A stretch of 64,000 nucleotides of DNA from Candidatus Latescibacterota bacterium. Its GTDB lineage: Bacteria; Latescibacterota; UBA2968. A model generated the notes under the pieces. That model did not search any database, was not told the DNA's origin, and saw only the letters and a list, made by a program, of their open reading frames with translations. The translations under genes were made by a program, and so were the position numbers. This document shows, piece by piece, positions 1-8,368 of this stretch; position 1 is the first letter of the stretch, and each line of letters starts with the position of its first letter. The stretch lies in contig OZ244960.1 of assembly GCA_965222605.1 (NCBI GenBank), forward strand, positions 256,001 through 320,000, given 5' to 3'.

Positions 1-1
1 G

Positions 2-325
2 CAGACCGGACGGCCAGAGGATGGCGAGGAGGGCAGTAGCGCATTTGCCGATAGCGATATATGGGGCGAGACAAAGGTTTATACGAGCAGTGGACAGGTC
101 CATCACATCGCTGCTGAGGACTTGAAGATCAAGCGGGCAAAAGATGGCGATTTGACCCGTACAGTGACAGCCAATTACGAAGGCAATCGAGAAGATGATT
201 TCACGTATTTGCAGATTGATGTGAACCAGGTGCCTGAAGGAATTTATCAATTAACGGTATTGGCACAGGACAAGCAAACAGAGCAGACGGATAGGAAATA
301 CGTTTATTTTCGGGTTGTAAAGTGA
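2..325 (+). CDS. C-terminal part of a GWxTD-domain protein paralog (5' end outside the window)
   Basis: Frame 2 reads QTGRPEDG...DSDIWGETKVYTSSGQVHHIAAEDLKIKRAKDGDLTRTVTANYEGNREDDFTYLQIDV...KYVYFRVVK*, nearly identical to the C-termini of 5014-7479 and 8369-10741. Confidence 0.85.
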   Translation, partial: QTGRPEDGEEGSSAFADSDIWGETKVYTSSGQVHHIAAEDLKIKRAKDGDLTRTVTANYEGNREDDFTYLQIDVNQVPEGIYQLTVLAQDKQTEQTDRKYVYFRVVK

Positions 326-368
326 AGAACGATACCAATTCGCCGGTTGTGTCTTGATATTCGTCCTG

Positions 369-403
369 ACCGCCCAGCAACAACGGGCGGTTTTTTATTT
401 TTT
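369..403 (+). terminator. Intrinsic terminator
   Basis: ACCGCCC-9 nt-GGGCGGT hairpin followed by a T-rich tract, downstream of the GWxTD stop. Confidence 0.75.
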
Positions 404-437
404 AGTCAACTACAACCTTCTGTGCATTTAAAAACAC

Positions 438-520
438 TGCTAATTTTTTCGCTATTTGGGCTTGACAACGAATTTTTAATAGGATATTTTTCTGAAAACT
501 GATATGCTAATTTTTTCGCA
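438..520 (+). promoter_or_regulatory. Sigma70-type promoter of blaI-blaR1 flanked by two putative operator copies
   Basis: TTGACA(462-467)-17 bp-TATTTT(485-490); exact 15-bp repeat TGCTAATTTTTTCGC at 438-452 and 505-519. Confidence 0.65.
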
Positions 521-554
521 TGGTATCATTCAGATTAATAAAAAGGAGCTAAAA

Positions 555-938
555 ATGGCAAGACTGCGACAAGAGGGTTTGACTGCCCGAGAGATAGAAC
601 TCATACAGGTACTCTGGCAACAGAAAGAAGCAACCGTCGAGATGATCCAGGCAAAATTGCCCGACCGATTAGAAGGCTCAACCATTCGCACACTCCTGCA
701 AATCATGGAAGACAAGGGCTATGTGGCACACGAAAAACAAGGACGCGCCAATGTGTACCGCCCCATAATCGAACAACAGCGGGTCCAATCCTCTGCAATG
801 AAACACATCATTCAGAAACTATTTGGTGGATCAACCGAACTCTTGCTGGCGCGACTGGTTGAAGACGAAGAGATAGACATGGACGATGTGGCGCGATTGC
901 GTGAGAAACTCAAGCAACACAAAGGAGGCACATCATGA
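555..938 (+). CDS. BlaI/MecI/CopY family transcriptional repressor
   Basis: LTAREIELIQVLW...STIRTLLQIMEDKGYV...GRANVYRP winged-helix pattern; AAGGAG RBS before ATG 555; 4-bp overlap with the M56 gene. Confidence 0.9.
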   Translation: MARLRQEGLTAREIELIQVLWQQKEATVEMIQAKLPDRLEGSTIRTLLQIMEDKGYVAHEKQGRANVYRPIIEQQRVQSSAMKHIIQKLFGGSTELLLARLVEDEEIDMDDVARLREKLKQHKGGTS

Positions 939-3900
939 TCGACACATTGGTCAATGTCCTGGAACCCATTGCCATCTTCCTCCTCGATGCGACTATCAAG
1001 ACCACCTTATTTATGGGTCTTGTTCTACTTGCCGTGTGGCTCCTGGACACACGACAGGCAGCCAAACGCAGTTTGCTTTTGAGTTGGTGTCTTGTCGGCG
1101 TGCTGGTCATTCCCATCGCGTCTTTGTGTATGCCTTCACTGCGATTTCAATTTGATGCACCATCGCCACCTTCGGAATCGGCTATTCCATCTCCCCAACC
1201 TGTAGTTGTCCCTGACACACCTCTGGCAAAATCTACACCTGCATTGAAGCAACAAAGGGTATCTGATAGGGCGTTTTCAGAAAACCCAGAACTATCTCAA
1301 AACTTCGTATCTCCCCCGCCTGCACAAATTGTTTTCGCCAAAAATGCCGGGACAAAATCAGTCATTTGGACAGCCTATATACTGAATGAAATCACTTCAG
1401 TACATGCTTTATATGGTGTGATCGCACTCTATGCTATTGGCGTATTGGTTTTACTAATCCGGACAATCTATTGTCTAATCATGGTTTGCAAGTTTCGTCG
1501 ATCTCTATTGCCCTGTGAAGACGAACAGCTTCAAAATGATTTACAGGTCTTAAAGAATCAATTGGGTATTCGGCGATCCGTCGCACTCGCCATCAGTGAC
1601 CAAATCGGCAGTCCAACTCAAGTCGGACTCCTGAAGCCAGTAGTCGTATTGCCCACGCTTATGGTCAAATCGCGCGACCAGTTGGAATCGATTTTGATTC
1701 ACGAACTCATTCATGTGAAGCGATGGGATTGCCTGTATCGTCTGCTCGCAATGGTCGGCATGGCGTTTTACTGGTTCAATCCCCTATTCCACCGCGCTAA
1801 ACACCTGCTTTTTGAAGTTCAAGAACAAGCCTGCGATGATTGGACAATAACGACAACTGGCAATTCTGAAAGCTATGCGGATACGCTCCTGAATGTAGCA
1901 ACCCAACTACATCCTCGTCCTGCGATGGCTCTGGGCATGGACATGGCGCGAACAACTCAGGTCATGGAACGCGTCAATCGCATTATCACTCTCGGCGGCC
2001 ATGTGACCCCGCGCGTTGGTCGCGTGTCGGCACTGGTGTTGGCAGTGGTATTTATCGGTGGGGCGACAGCCATTGGCAGCCTGACCACTGCAAAGGTCGA
2101 TCAGAATGAAAAAAAAGTTGTGTTTGAGGGCGGCATTGCCGTAACCGATACCAGCGACGTATCGCAGCGAACACTTCCAATGAAAATGCGCGATGGTCGC
2201 CTGTGGTGGCGTGGCGAGAATGGGCTCTATTTGCAGGATGGAGATGCGTGGCAAAAGTTCACATTGCCGGAAGGTGGTTCATTCGACCATATACATGCCT
2301 TTATGCAAGCGCGCAATGGCTCAATGTGGTTTGCCGGTATATATATAAATGGGCCAATTGTCGTGAACTTTAGCGGAAAGACATGGCAGATATGGGATTC
2401 AAAAACAACGGGCTTGGGAAAAATTACCGCTGGATATGACTTTGCCGAAGATGAGGATGGCGGTATCTGGATTTCCCACCACGGTATGGGAAATATCAGA
2501 GCACACGGAGGCTCCGATCGCTTCAAAGGTGGAAACGGTGTCTTGCATTTTGATGGCAAAGTATGGCGCAACTATACCGTGAAAGATGGATTGATTCACA
2601 ATCGGGTTTATAATGTGGAAGCCGATCCCAAAGGCGGCGTGTGGATCGCAACCCTTCGCGGATTGAGCCACTACAAAGATGGAAAATGGACCTCTCATAT
2701 TGTCGATAGCGTGCCCGTAGAGGGCGTGCGTAATGGCAATATATATGATGGCCACAAGGTATATAAACTACTTTATGATCGGGAAGGCACGCTTTGGGCC
2801 GTGCATGGATCGAATATTGGGCGCACTATAACGCAATACAAAGGAGGGATTTCCAGCTTTGACGGCACAGCCTGGACCCATTACAACGCGCAGGCGGGAT
2901 TGCCCATCAATGCTTCTCGAAATATCTGGCAAACAGAAAATGGCGATCTGTGGTTTGGTACGCATCAAGGTGACCAAACGGTGGTAGAAGCCAGAGGCTT
3001 GATGCGGTATAAGGATGGAATGTGGTTGCGATTGACACGCAAGCACGACCTACCCGGCGATTCTGTATGGGGCCTGGTTGAAAAAGGCGATGGGTCTTTT
3101 TATCTGGGTGTTTCTGGTATTGTATCTTATAAGCCTCCTATCGATCACCTATCAACAATATCTGGTAAAGTGATCGATCAGCGCGATGGCCACCCCGTAG
3201 CAAATATGAGAATATGGATCGAATACGACGATGGCGAGGTGCATGCGGGAACCGCAACAGATGAAAATGGTCACTATCGCGTTGAAGTCACCCCCGGATC
3301 GTATCGCGTGCGGATCGCGTCTAAGAATGCTGCTGAACCCGTGACCGTTGAGGCAAAACCCGAGAGTAAAATTGAAAACATCGACCTGCTCTTGCTCAAC
3401 TCGCGCCGCATCTCTGGTCGCGTACTCGACAAATTCGATAATCCGATTGCCAATGCTGTTGTGGTGATTTCCGATGATACTTCGGAAGACCGAAGATTGT
3501 CTCCTCAGATCGTGACCACAGATGCCAATGGAAAATTTGAAGGCTGGCAGGTCTCGGGCCCGAAGGCTACTTTTGAAGTGGCAGCAAAAGGATATGCACA
3601 AATCGCGCGGGAAGTTGAAAATGCTATTGAAAAGCAAGTAGTGATTAGTCTCAAAAAAGGAACGATGTTTCGCGGTCGCGTTGTGGATGAGTTGGGCAAA
3701 CCCATTGCCTGGGCGCGCGTTGGTCCTGGGCCTCCACCGGATCCTGAAAAGAAAGTATATGTATTGCCCGCATTACCCTTTCAGCGCAATACTTATACCG
3801 ATGCGTCAGGTCTGTTCACTCTAAATGACGTAGCGAGAGGCCACATCTGGGTGAATCATCCCGAGACCGGAATTGTGAGTCAAGAGGTTATGCCTGCCGA

Positions 3901-4975
3901 TGATGTGATAGATATCCGCGTAGAACGTTTGCGTTTGTACTCTATTTCAGGTAGGGTATCGCTAACTGGCGTGCCCGTAGAAAGGCTAACGGTCAGAACC
4001 ATTGCCCTTAATGGAGCAGAATCCAGACCCCAAGTAGGCCGCCCTGACGCTAATGGTGCATATCGTCAGGAGGGTCTGGAGCCAGGGAAATATCATATTT
4101 CCGTAACCGTACCCGAAAAAGAGGAAAGGGATGGACGCACAATCGTAATCAATCGCAGAGTTCAATCTCAGGTGCTGGTAATCAAAGACCGCGATGTAAT
4201 ATTGAACTTTGCGCCTCTGGGCGATGCGCGAATTACAGGTGTGGCAACTTACAAGGGACAGCCCGTTTCAGATGTTGCCATAAGCGTCCATACTATAGGC
4301 GATGATCCTGAGAATTTTGTCTCAATAGAAGGCAAAAAAACAAACAAAGAGGGCCGGTTTGAATTACGCGATCTACCTTCTGCACGGATTACCATTTCTT
4401 TTCGTAAAATGGAACGCCTCGGCCCTGGTGGAAAACGCTGGAGCAAAGTCGATAGGATTGATCTGACGAATAAAAAAGAATTGAGTTATATAGCAGAATT
4501 GGAAATGGAGGAACGTCCGACCTTGAGCCTGGGTGATATAGCACCCGAATTTGAAGCCAAACAGTTGGATGGTTCAACATTCCGGCTCTCAGATTACCGG
4601 GGCAAAAAAGCCGTGTTGATCGACTTTTGGGCAACGTGGTGTGGCCCGTGTATCGATGAAATTCCGATGATCAAAAGCATTGCCGAAACATATCGGGATC
4701 AGGGACTGGAAGTTGTGGGCGTGAGTTTGGACCGGGATGAGCAGGCACTACGAGATTTTGTAAAAAAGGAAAAGCTGAGCTATGTGCAGGTATTTGAAAA
4801 AGAAAAAACGCGAGCGATTTCAAAATCCTACGGTGTATGGGGCATCCCATCGGTATTTCTGATAGATAAAAATGGCGTCATCAACGCGATGAAGCTACGC
4901 GGAACTCGCACAGAAGTGGCGGTAAAGGCGTTATTGGCCAATGATCTACAGACGGCTGATGGAAATTCGCGATAA
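935..4975 (+). CDS. BlaR1-like M56 metallopeptidase with sensor beta-propeller, carboxypeptidase-regulatory-like repeats and C-terminal TlpA/thioredoxin domain
   Basis: N-terminal TM helices; HELIHVKRWD and EQACD M56 motifs; two-component propeller repeats (NYTVKDGL, GGVWIAT.GL); GRVLD...PIANA repeats; DFWATWCGPC. Confidence 0.88.
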   Translation: MIDTLVNVLEPIAIFLLDATIKTTLFMGLVLLAVWLLDTRQAAKRSLLLSWCLVGVLVIPIASLCMPSLRFQFDAPSPPSESAIPSPQPVVVPDTPLAKSTPALKQQRVSDRAFSENPELSQNFVSPPPAQIVFAKNAGTKSVIWTAYILNEITSVHALYGVIALYAIGVLVLLIRTIYCLIMVCKFRRSLLPCEDEQLQNDLQVLKNQLGIRRSVALAISDQIGSPTQVGLLKPVVVLPTLMVKSRDQLESILIHELIHVKRWDCLYRLLAMVGMAFYWFNPLFHRAKHLLFEVQEQACDDWTITTTGNSESYADTLLNVATQLHPRPAMALGMDMARTTQVMERVNRIITLGGHVTPRVGRVSALVLAVVFIGGATAIGSLTTAKVDQNEKKVVFEGGIAVTDTSDVSQRTLPMKMRDGRLWWRGENGLYLQDGDAWQKFTLPEGGSFDHIHAFMQARNGSMWFAGIYINGPIVVNFSGKTWQIWDSKTTGLGKITAGYDFAEDEDGGIWISHHGMGNIRAHGGSDRFKGGNGVLHFDGKVWRNYTVKDGLIHNRVYNVEADPKGGVWIATLRGLSHYKDGKWTSHIVDSVPVEGVRNGNIYDGHKVYKLLYDREGTLWAVHGSNIGRTITQYKGGISSFDGTAWTHYNAQAGLPINASRNIWQTENGDLWFGTHQGDQTVVEARGLMRYKDGMWLRLTRKHDLPGDSVWGLVEKGDGSFYLGVSGIVSYKPPIDHLSTISGKVIDQRDGHPVANMRIWIEYDDGEVHAGTATDENGHYRVEVTPGSYRVRIASKNAAEPVTVEAKPESKIENIDLLLLNSRRISGRVLDKFDNPIANAVVVISDDTSEDRRLSPQIVTTDANGKFEGWQVSGPKATFEVAAKGYAQIAREVENAIEKQVVISLKKGTMFRGRVVDELGKPIAWARVGPGPPPDPEKKVYVLPALPFQRNTYTDASGLFTLNDVARGHIWVNHPETGIVSQEVMPADDVIDIRVERLRLYSISGRVSLTGVPVERLTVRTIALNGAESRPQVGRPDANGAYRQEGLEPGKYHISVTVPEKEERDGRTIVINRRVQSQVLVIKDRDVILNFAPLGDARITGVATYKGQPVSDVAISVHTIGDDPENFVSIEGKKTNKEGRFELRDLPSARITISFRKMERLGPGGKRWSKVDRIDLTNKKELSYIAELEMEERPTLSLGDIAPEFEAKQLDGSTFRLSDYRGKKAVLIDFWATWCGPCIDEIPMIKSIAETYRDQGLEVVGVSLDRDEQALRDFVKKEKLSYVQVFEKEKTRAISKSYGVWGIPSVFLIDKNGVINAMKLRGTRTEVAVKALLANDLQTADGNSR

Positions 4976-5013
4976 AATTTTATGGCGTTGATGATCATTT
5001 GAAAGGGTGAAGA

Positions 5014-7479
5014 ATGCGATTCACAATTCATATCGGATTGATCGCGTTGGCTTGCCTTTGGGGTTCTGGCTCGTCCAAAGGCGAAACCACAATAGACGCG
5101 CTGTTTCAGAATGCAAGGGAGCAAGTTGATCAGGTGAGTCGTGCGGAAAGCATTGTGGCTTTGGAGGAGATTATTTCCAAAGATAGAGATTATGCACCTG
5201 CATACAACGAATTGGCCAAACTACATCTGTTGGACCACACCGTAAATGGCCGACAGCGCGCAATGCAGATGATACAGCAGGCAATCGAAATTGATCCCGA
5301 CAATATTGAGTATCAGCTAACGCGAGGAAAGATTTTGTGGCATCAAGGCTTTCGGTCACGGGCATTGAACCAATTCAAAGACATGACCCAAAAGCATCCT
5401 GAAAATACGGATGTCCTCAATAGTATAGGTATGTTTTGGGTGTATGACTTCCTGTCACAGAAGGATAGAAGAGCACCATTAAGAGAGATGAACATGAGGT
5501 CCCTTATATTCAAAGATTTCAATAAAATGGCAATGCGATCCAGAATAAAAGATTTCAAAATCTTTGCCCAGGAAGCCAAACAAGAAGCAATTCCGATCTT
5601 GCGAAAAAGCATCGAATTGGATGCCACTGATCAGCAATCCTATTATTTGCTGGGCATCCTCTACTTTGAAGATGAGGACTGGTATGCGTTTCAAACCTTG
5701 ATGCAAGACTTGTACGCGCAATATCCAGATGACAAAAATGCACTGTTGTTCTGTGGCCTTGCCGCTTATCAGATTGGCGAATTTAATGAATCGCATGAAT
5801 ACTATCAACGTGCCCTTGACTTGATGCGTGTTGAAGAACGCGAGTTGCTCGAATCTATTGACCTGCTCGTGCCTGAAGAAGGGCATGCATCCCGCGATAC
5901 GACGCAGGCAATTGATGAGTCATTGGAACGCGAGATCTTTTGGAAGCGCCAGGATCCGCTCTATTTGTCTGATTTTAACGAAAGAAAAATGGAGCACTTT
6001 GGTCGCATAGCGTATTCGAATTTGCGGTTCAGGCGATTTTCAGATGATGTTGAGGGCTGGCAGACGGACATGGGGAAGACCTATATCAAATTTGGAAGAT
6101 ATAGACGTCGCATGACAACCTATAAAGGGACATGGGATTCTGAAGAGGTCCAGGGTGCCGCAATGGTGGAGTTCTGGTATTACGAAAATTTCCAGTTCAA
6201 ATTTTGTGGTACTAGGGATGATATCTGGCATTTCTGCGGCGGTGCTGTAGGCTACCTCCCAAGCACGGTGCCTACAGTAAGAATCAGTACCTTTACTTAT
6301 GAGAAGGTAATATCATATGCTGATACTGCGGGAGTACGACCGTATTTTATGCAAAGAAAATCACGGTCTTCTTTTGTCCCACGTACATTGGAAGGGACCT
6401 CTTACACCTTTCGGAAAACAGCCCAACGCTTTATCGATCCGTATTTAAATCGCAAATACACCTTGCCTTATCAGATCGCCGCCTTTGAAGAACGAGACAG
6501 CATGCGAGTCGAACTCAGCTATATGATTCCCAAGGACCGATTAACAGAAAATCCTGAAATGGGCAAAGTGAGTTTTTGGGATGGGGTATTCTTCTTCGAT
6601 CAGCAGTGGAATGAGGTGTATAAATATCGCAAATCCGTGAGCTTTGTATTGCCGCCGCAGAAGCCAGCCTCCAATGCTGCTGCACGGCATCGCAACGATC
6701 ACCTGTTGATCTCCCGCACATTGTCTGTACCTCAAGGCAGCTATCATGTTTCTGTAGAATTATTGGATCAGACATCCGGCGCAATTGGTATTGCACGCAA
6801 TGAGGAACAATTTTTGTATGACCAGGAGCCCTTTCATCTGAGCGATCTGCTCGTCGGCAACGATATTCAAACGAAGAAAGCATTGCCAGAAAGCCGCGAC
6901 GACCTGCACATCACACCCAATCCCGTCCGTACATTTTCACCATCTGAACCGGTCTTTATCTATCTGGAACTATATGATCTCCAGCGCGACGCTTTCGGCA
7001 GCACGCAATATGAGATCTCCTACACCATCGGCAAGCCAGAGGTGGATACGCTATCGCCCACATTATTCGCCTCTCAAGATCTGATTGAGACGATGGGAAA
7101 AACAGAGATTGATCTGAGGAGTGAACAAGCAGACCAAATTGCTGCCGAGAATTTGCAGACCGGGCAATCACAGGATGACGATGTGCTCGATAGCGTATTT
7201 CCCGATAGCGATATATGGGGCGAGACGAGGGTTTATACGAGTGGTGGTCAAGTCCATCACATCGCCGCCGAGGGCTTGAAGATCAAGCGATCAAAAGATG
7301 GTGATTTGACCCGCACTGTCACAGCGAATTACGAAGGCAATCGAGAAGATGATTTTACATACTTGCAGATTGATGTGAACCAGGTACCCGAGGGGGTTTA
7401 TCAATTGACCGTATTGGCAAAAGACAAGCGGACGGAGCAGACGGATAGGAAATATGTCTATTTCCGTATCATAGAATAA
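5014..7479 (+). CDS. Exported TPR + GWxTD-domain protein
   Basis: Signal-peptide-like N-terminus, TPR helices, FWKRQDP...NER..EHFGR...GWQTDMGKTYIKFG signature. Confidence 0.88.
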   Translation: MRFTIHIGLIALACLWGSGSSKGETTIDALFQNAREQVDQVSRAESIVALEEIISKDRDYAPAYNELAKLHLLDHTVNGRQRAMQMIQQAIEIDPDNIEYQLTRGKILWHQGFRSRALNQFKDMTQKHPENTDVLNSIGMFWVYDFLSQKDRRAPLREMNMRSLIFKDFNKMAMRSRIKDFKIFAQEAKQEAIPILRKSIELDATDQQSYYLLGILYFEDEDWYAFQTLMQDLYAQYPDDKNALLFCGLAAYQIGEFNESHEYYQRALDLMRVEERELLESIDLLVPEEGHASRDTTQAIDESLEREIFWKRQDPLYLSDFNERKMEHFGRIAYSNLRFRRFSDDVEGWQTDMGKTYIKFGRYRRRMTTYKGTWDSEEVQGAAMVEFWYYENFQFKFCGTRDDIWHFCGGAVGYLPSTVPTVRISTFTYEKVISYADTAGVRPYFMQRKSRSSFVPRTLEGTSYTFRKTAQRFIDPYLNRKYTLPYQIAAFEERDSMRVELSYMIPKDRLTENPEMGKVSFWDGVFFFDQQWNEVYKYRKSVSFVLPPQKPASNAAARHRNDHLLISRTLSVPQGSYHVSVELLDQTSGAIGIARNEEQFLYDQEPFHLSDLLVGNDIQTKKALPESRDDLHITPNPVRTFSPSEPVFIYLELYDLQRDAFGSTQYEISYTIGKPEVDTLSPTLFASQDLIETMGKTEIDLRSEQADQIAAENLQTGQSQDDDVLDSVFPDSDIWGETRVYTSGGQVHHIAAEGLKIKRSKDGDLTRTVTANYEGNREDDFTYLQIDVNQVPEGVYQLTVLAKDKRTEQTDRKYVYFRIIE

Positions 7480-7563
7480 ATATTGGATACCAATGCATGG
7501 TTAGCTATATTTTTTAAAGAGAATATAAACCTTGACTATCACACTCCAAAAAGAGGATACAAA

Positions 7564-7848
7564 ATGGAACCTCTTATTATTCAAATTGGTCGTCAACGGG
7601 ATGGTTGCACTTACCAACTACACCCATCTTCTCGTGTCCAACTTAAAAAAGCGTTCCCGAATGTACGCTCGGTCCCCAGTGTTTTTATAGGTTACGATAC
7701 GCAATCAGACTTTGAGGTATTGCACGGCCCTCTGTGGAAGCAAGTCGCTATAATGCTAACGGGACTGTCATGGAAACGAATTGAAGACTTAGGTGGCATT
7801 AAAATTTACGATCCTGTACAAGAAATAGCAGTTGAACAGGTCTTGTAG
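7564..7848 (+). CDS. Hypothetical protein (94 aa)
   Basis: GAGG RBS before ATG 7564; abuts the next gene; no family recognised. Confidence 0.6.
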   Translation: MEPLIIQIGRQRDGCTYQLHPSSRVQLKKAFPNVRSVPSVFIGYDTQSDFEVLHGPLWKQVAIMLTGLSWKRIEDLGGIKIYDPVQEIAVEQVL

Positions 7849-7849
7849 C

Positions 7850-8323
7850 ATGTCGCGACGCAATCTCTACATCGGCAAGAGCGGACAGATGGCTGTCATG
7901 GCCGAATATCTTGCCCGCGGATACAATGTGGCCATTCCCGAAGTGGATATTGGTGACGACATCTTTGTCGTACGCGATGAAATTGGTGAATTCTCTCGAA
8001 TCCAGGTTAAATCCGCCACAGCCAGAAATAGAACGGGCGGATTTACCGCCCAGTTTAGTGTGCTGTTCAGACAACTGCAAACACCATTGATTCCTGACCT
8101 TTACTATGTGTTCACTACGCGCCGCAAAGAACGATGGGAAGAATTTTTGATCTTTGGACGACGCGAACTCTACGACTGCCACATCAACAACAACGTGGGC
8201 ACGCGCACCAGGCAGAACGTCATATTTCGTTTTTCTTTTTTTAATTCTGATGTGATCTGTCAGAAGCAGAGCTTTCAGGCGTACAGAAACAATTGGTCGA
8301 ACTGGCCGACAGTTGAGCACTGA
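7850..8323 (+). CDS. PD-(D/E)XK superfamily nuclease-like protein
   Basis: G..GQ.AV...L..GYNVAIPEVDIGDDIFV...IQVKSA pattern (D...QxK variant). Confidence 0.7.
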   Translation: MSRRNLYIGKSGQMAVMAEYLARGYNVAIPEVDIGDDIFVVRDEIGEFSRIQVKSATARNRTGGFTAQFSVLFRQLQTPLIPDLYYVFTTRRKERWEEFLIFGRRELYDCHINNNVGTRTRQNVIFRFSFFNSDVICQKQSFQAYRNNWSNWPTVEH

Positions 8324-8368
8324 CCGGGACCTGCTTGCATCTAATGGTGCAGCGAAAAGGAATGATCA

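Noticed and set aside
504-554. Longer N-terminus for BlaI (and similar extensions for greA, rplO, rplE, rpsQ, rpsL, metB)
   Set aside because: The extensions cover promoter or leader elements or upstream genes; RBS position and homology favour the downstream starts.
935-4975. Beta-lactam resistance locus
   Set aside because: No beta-lactamase or PBP gene nearby and no penicillin-binding sensor domain recognised.
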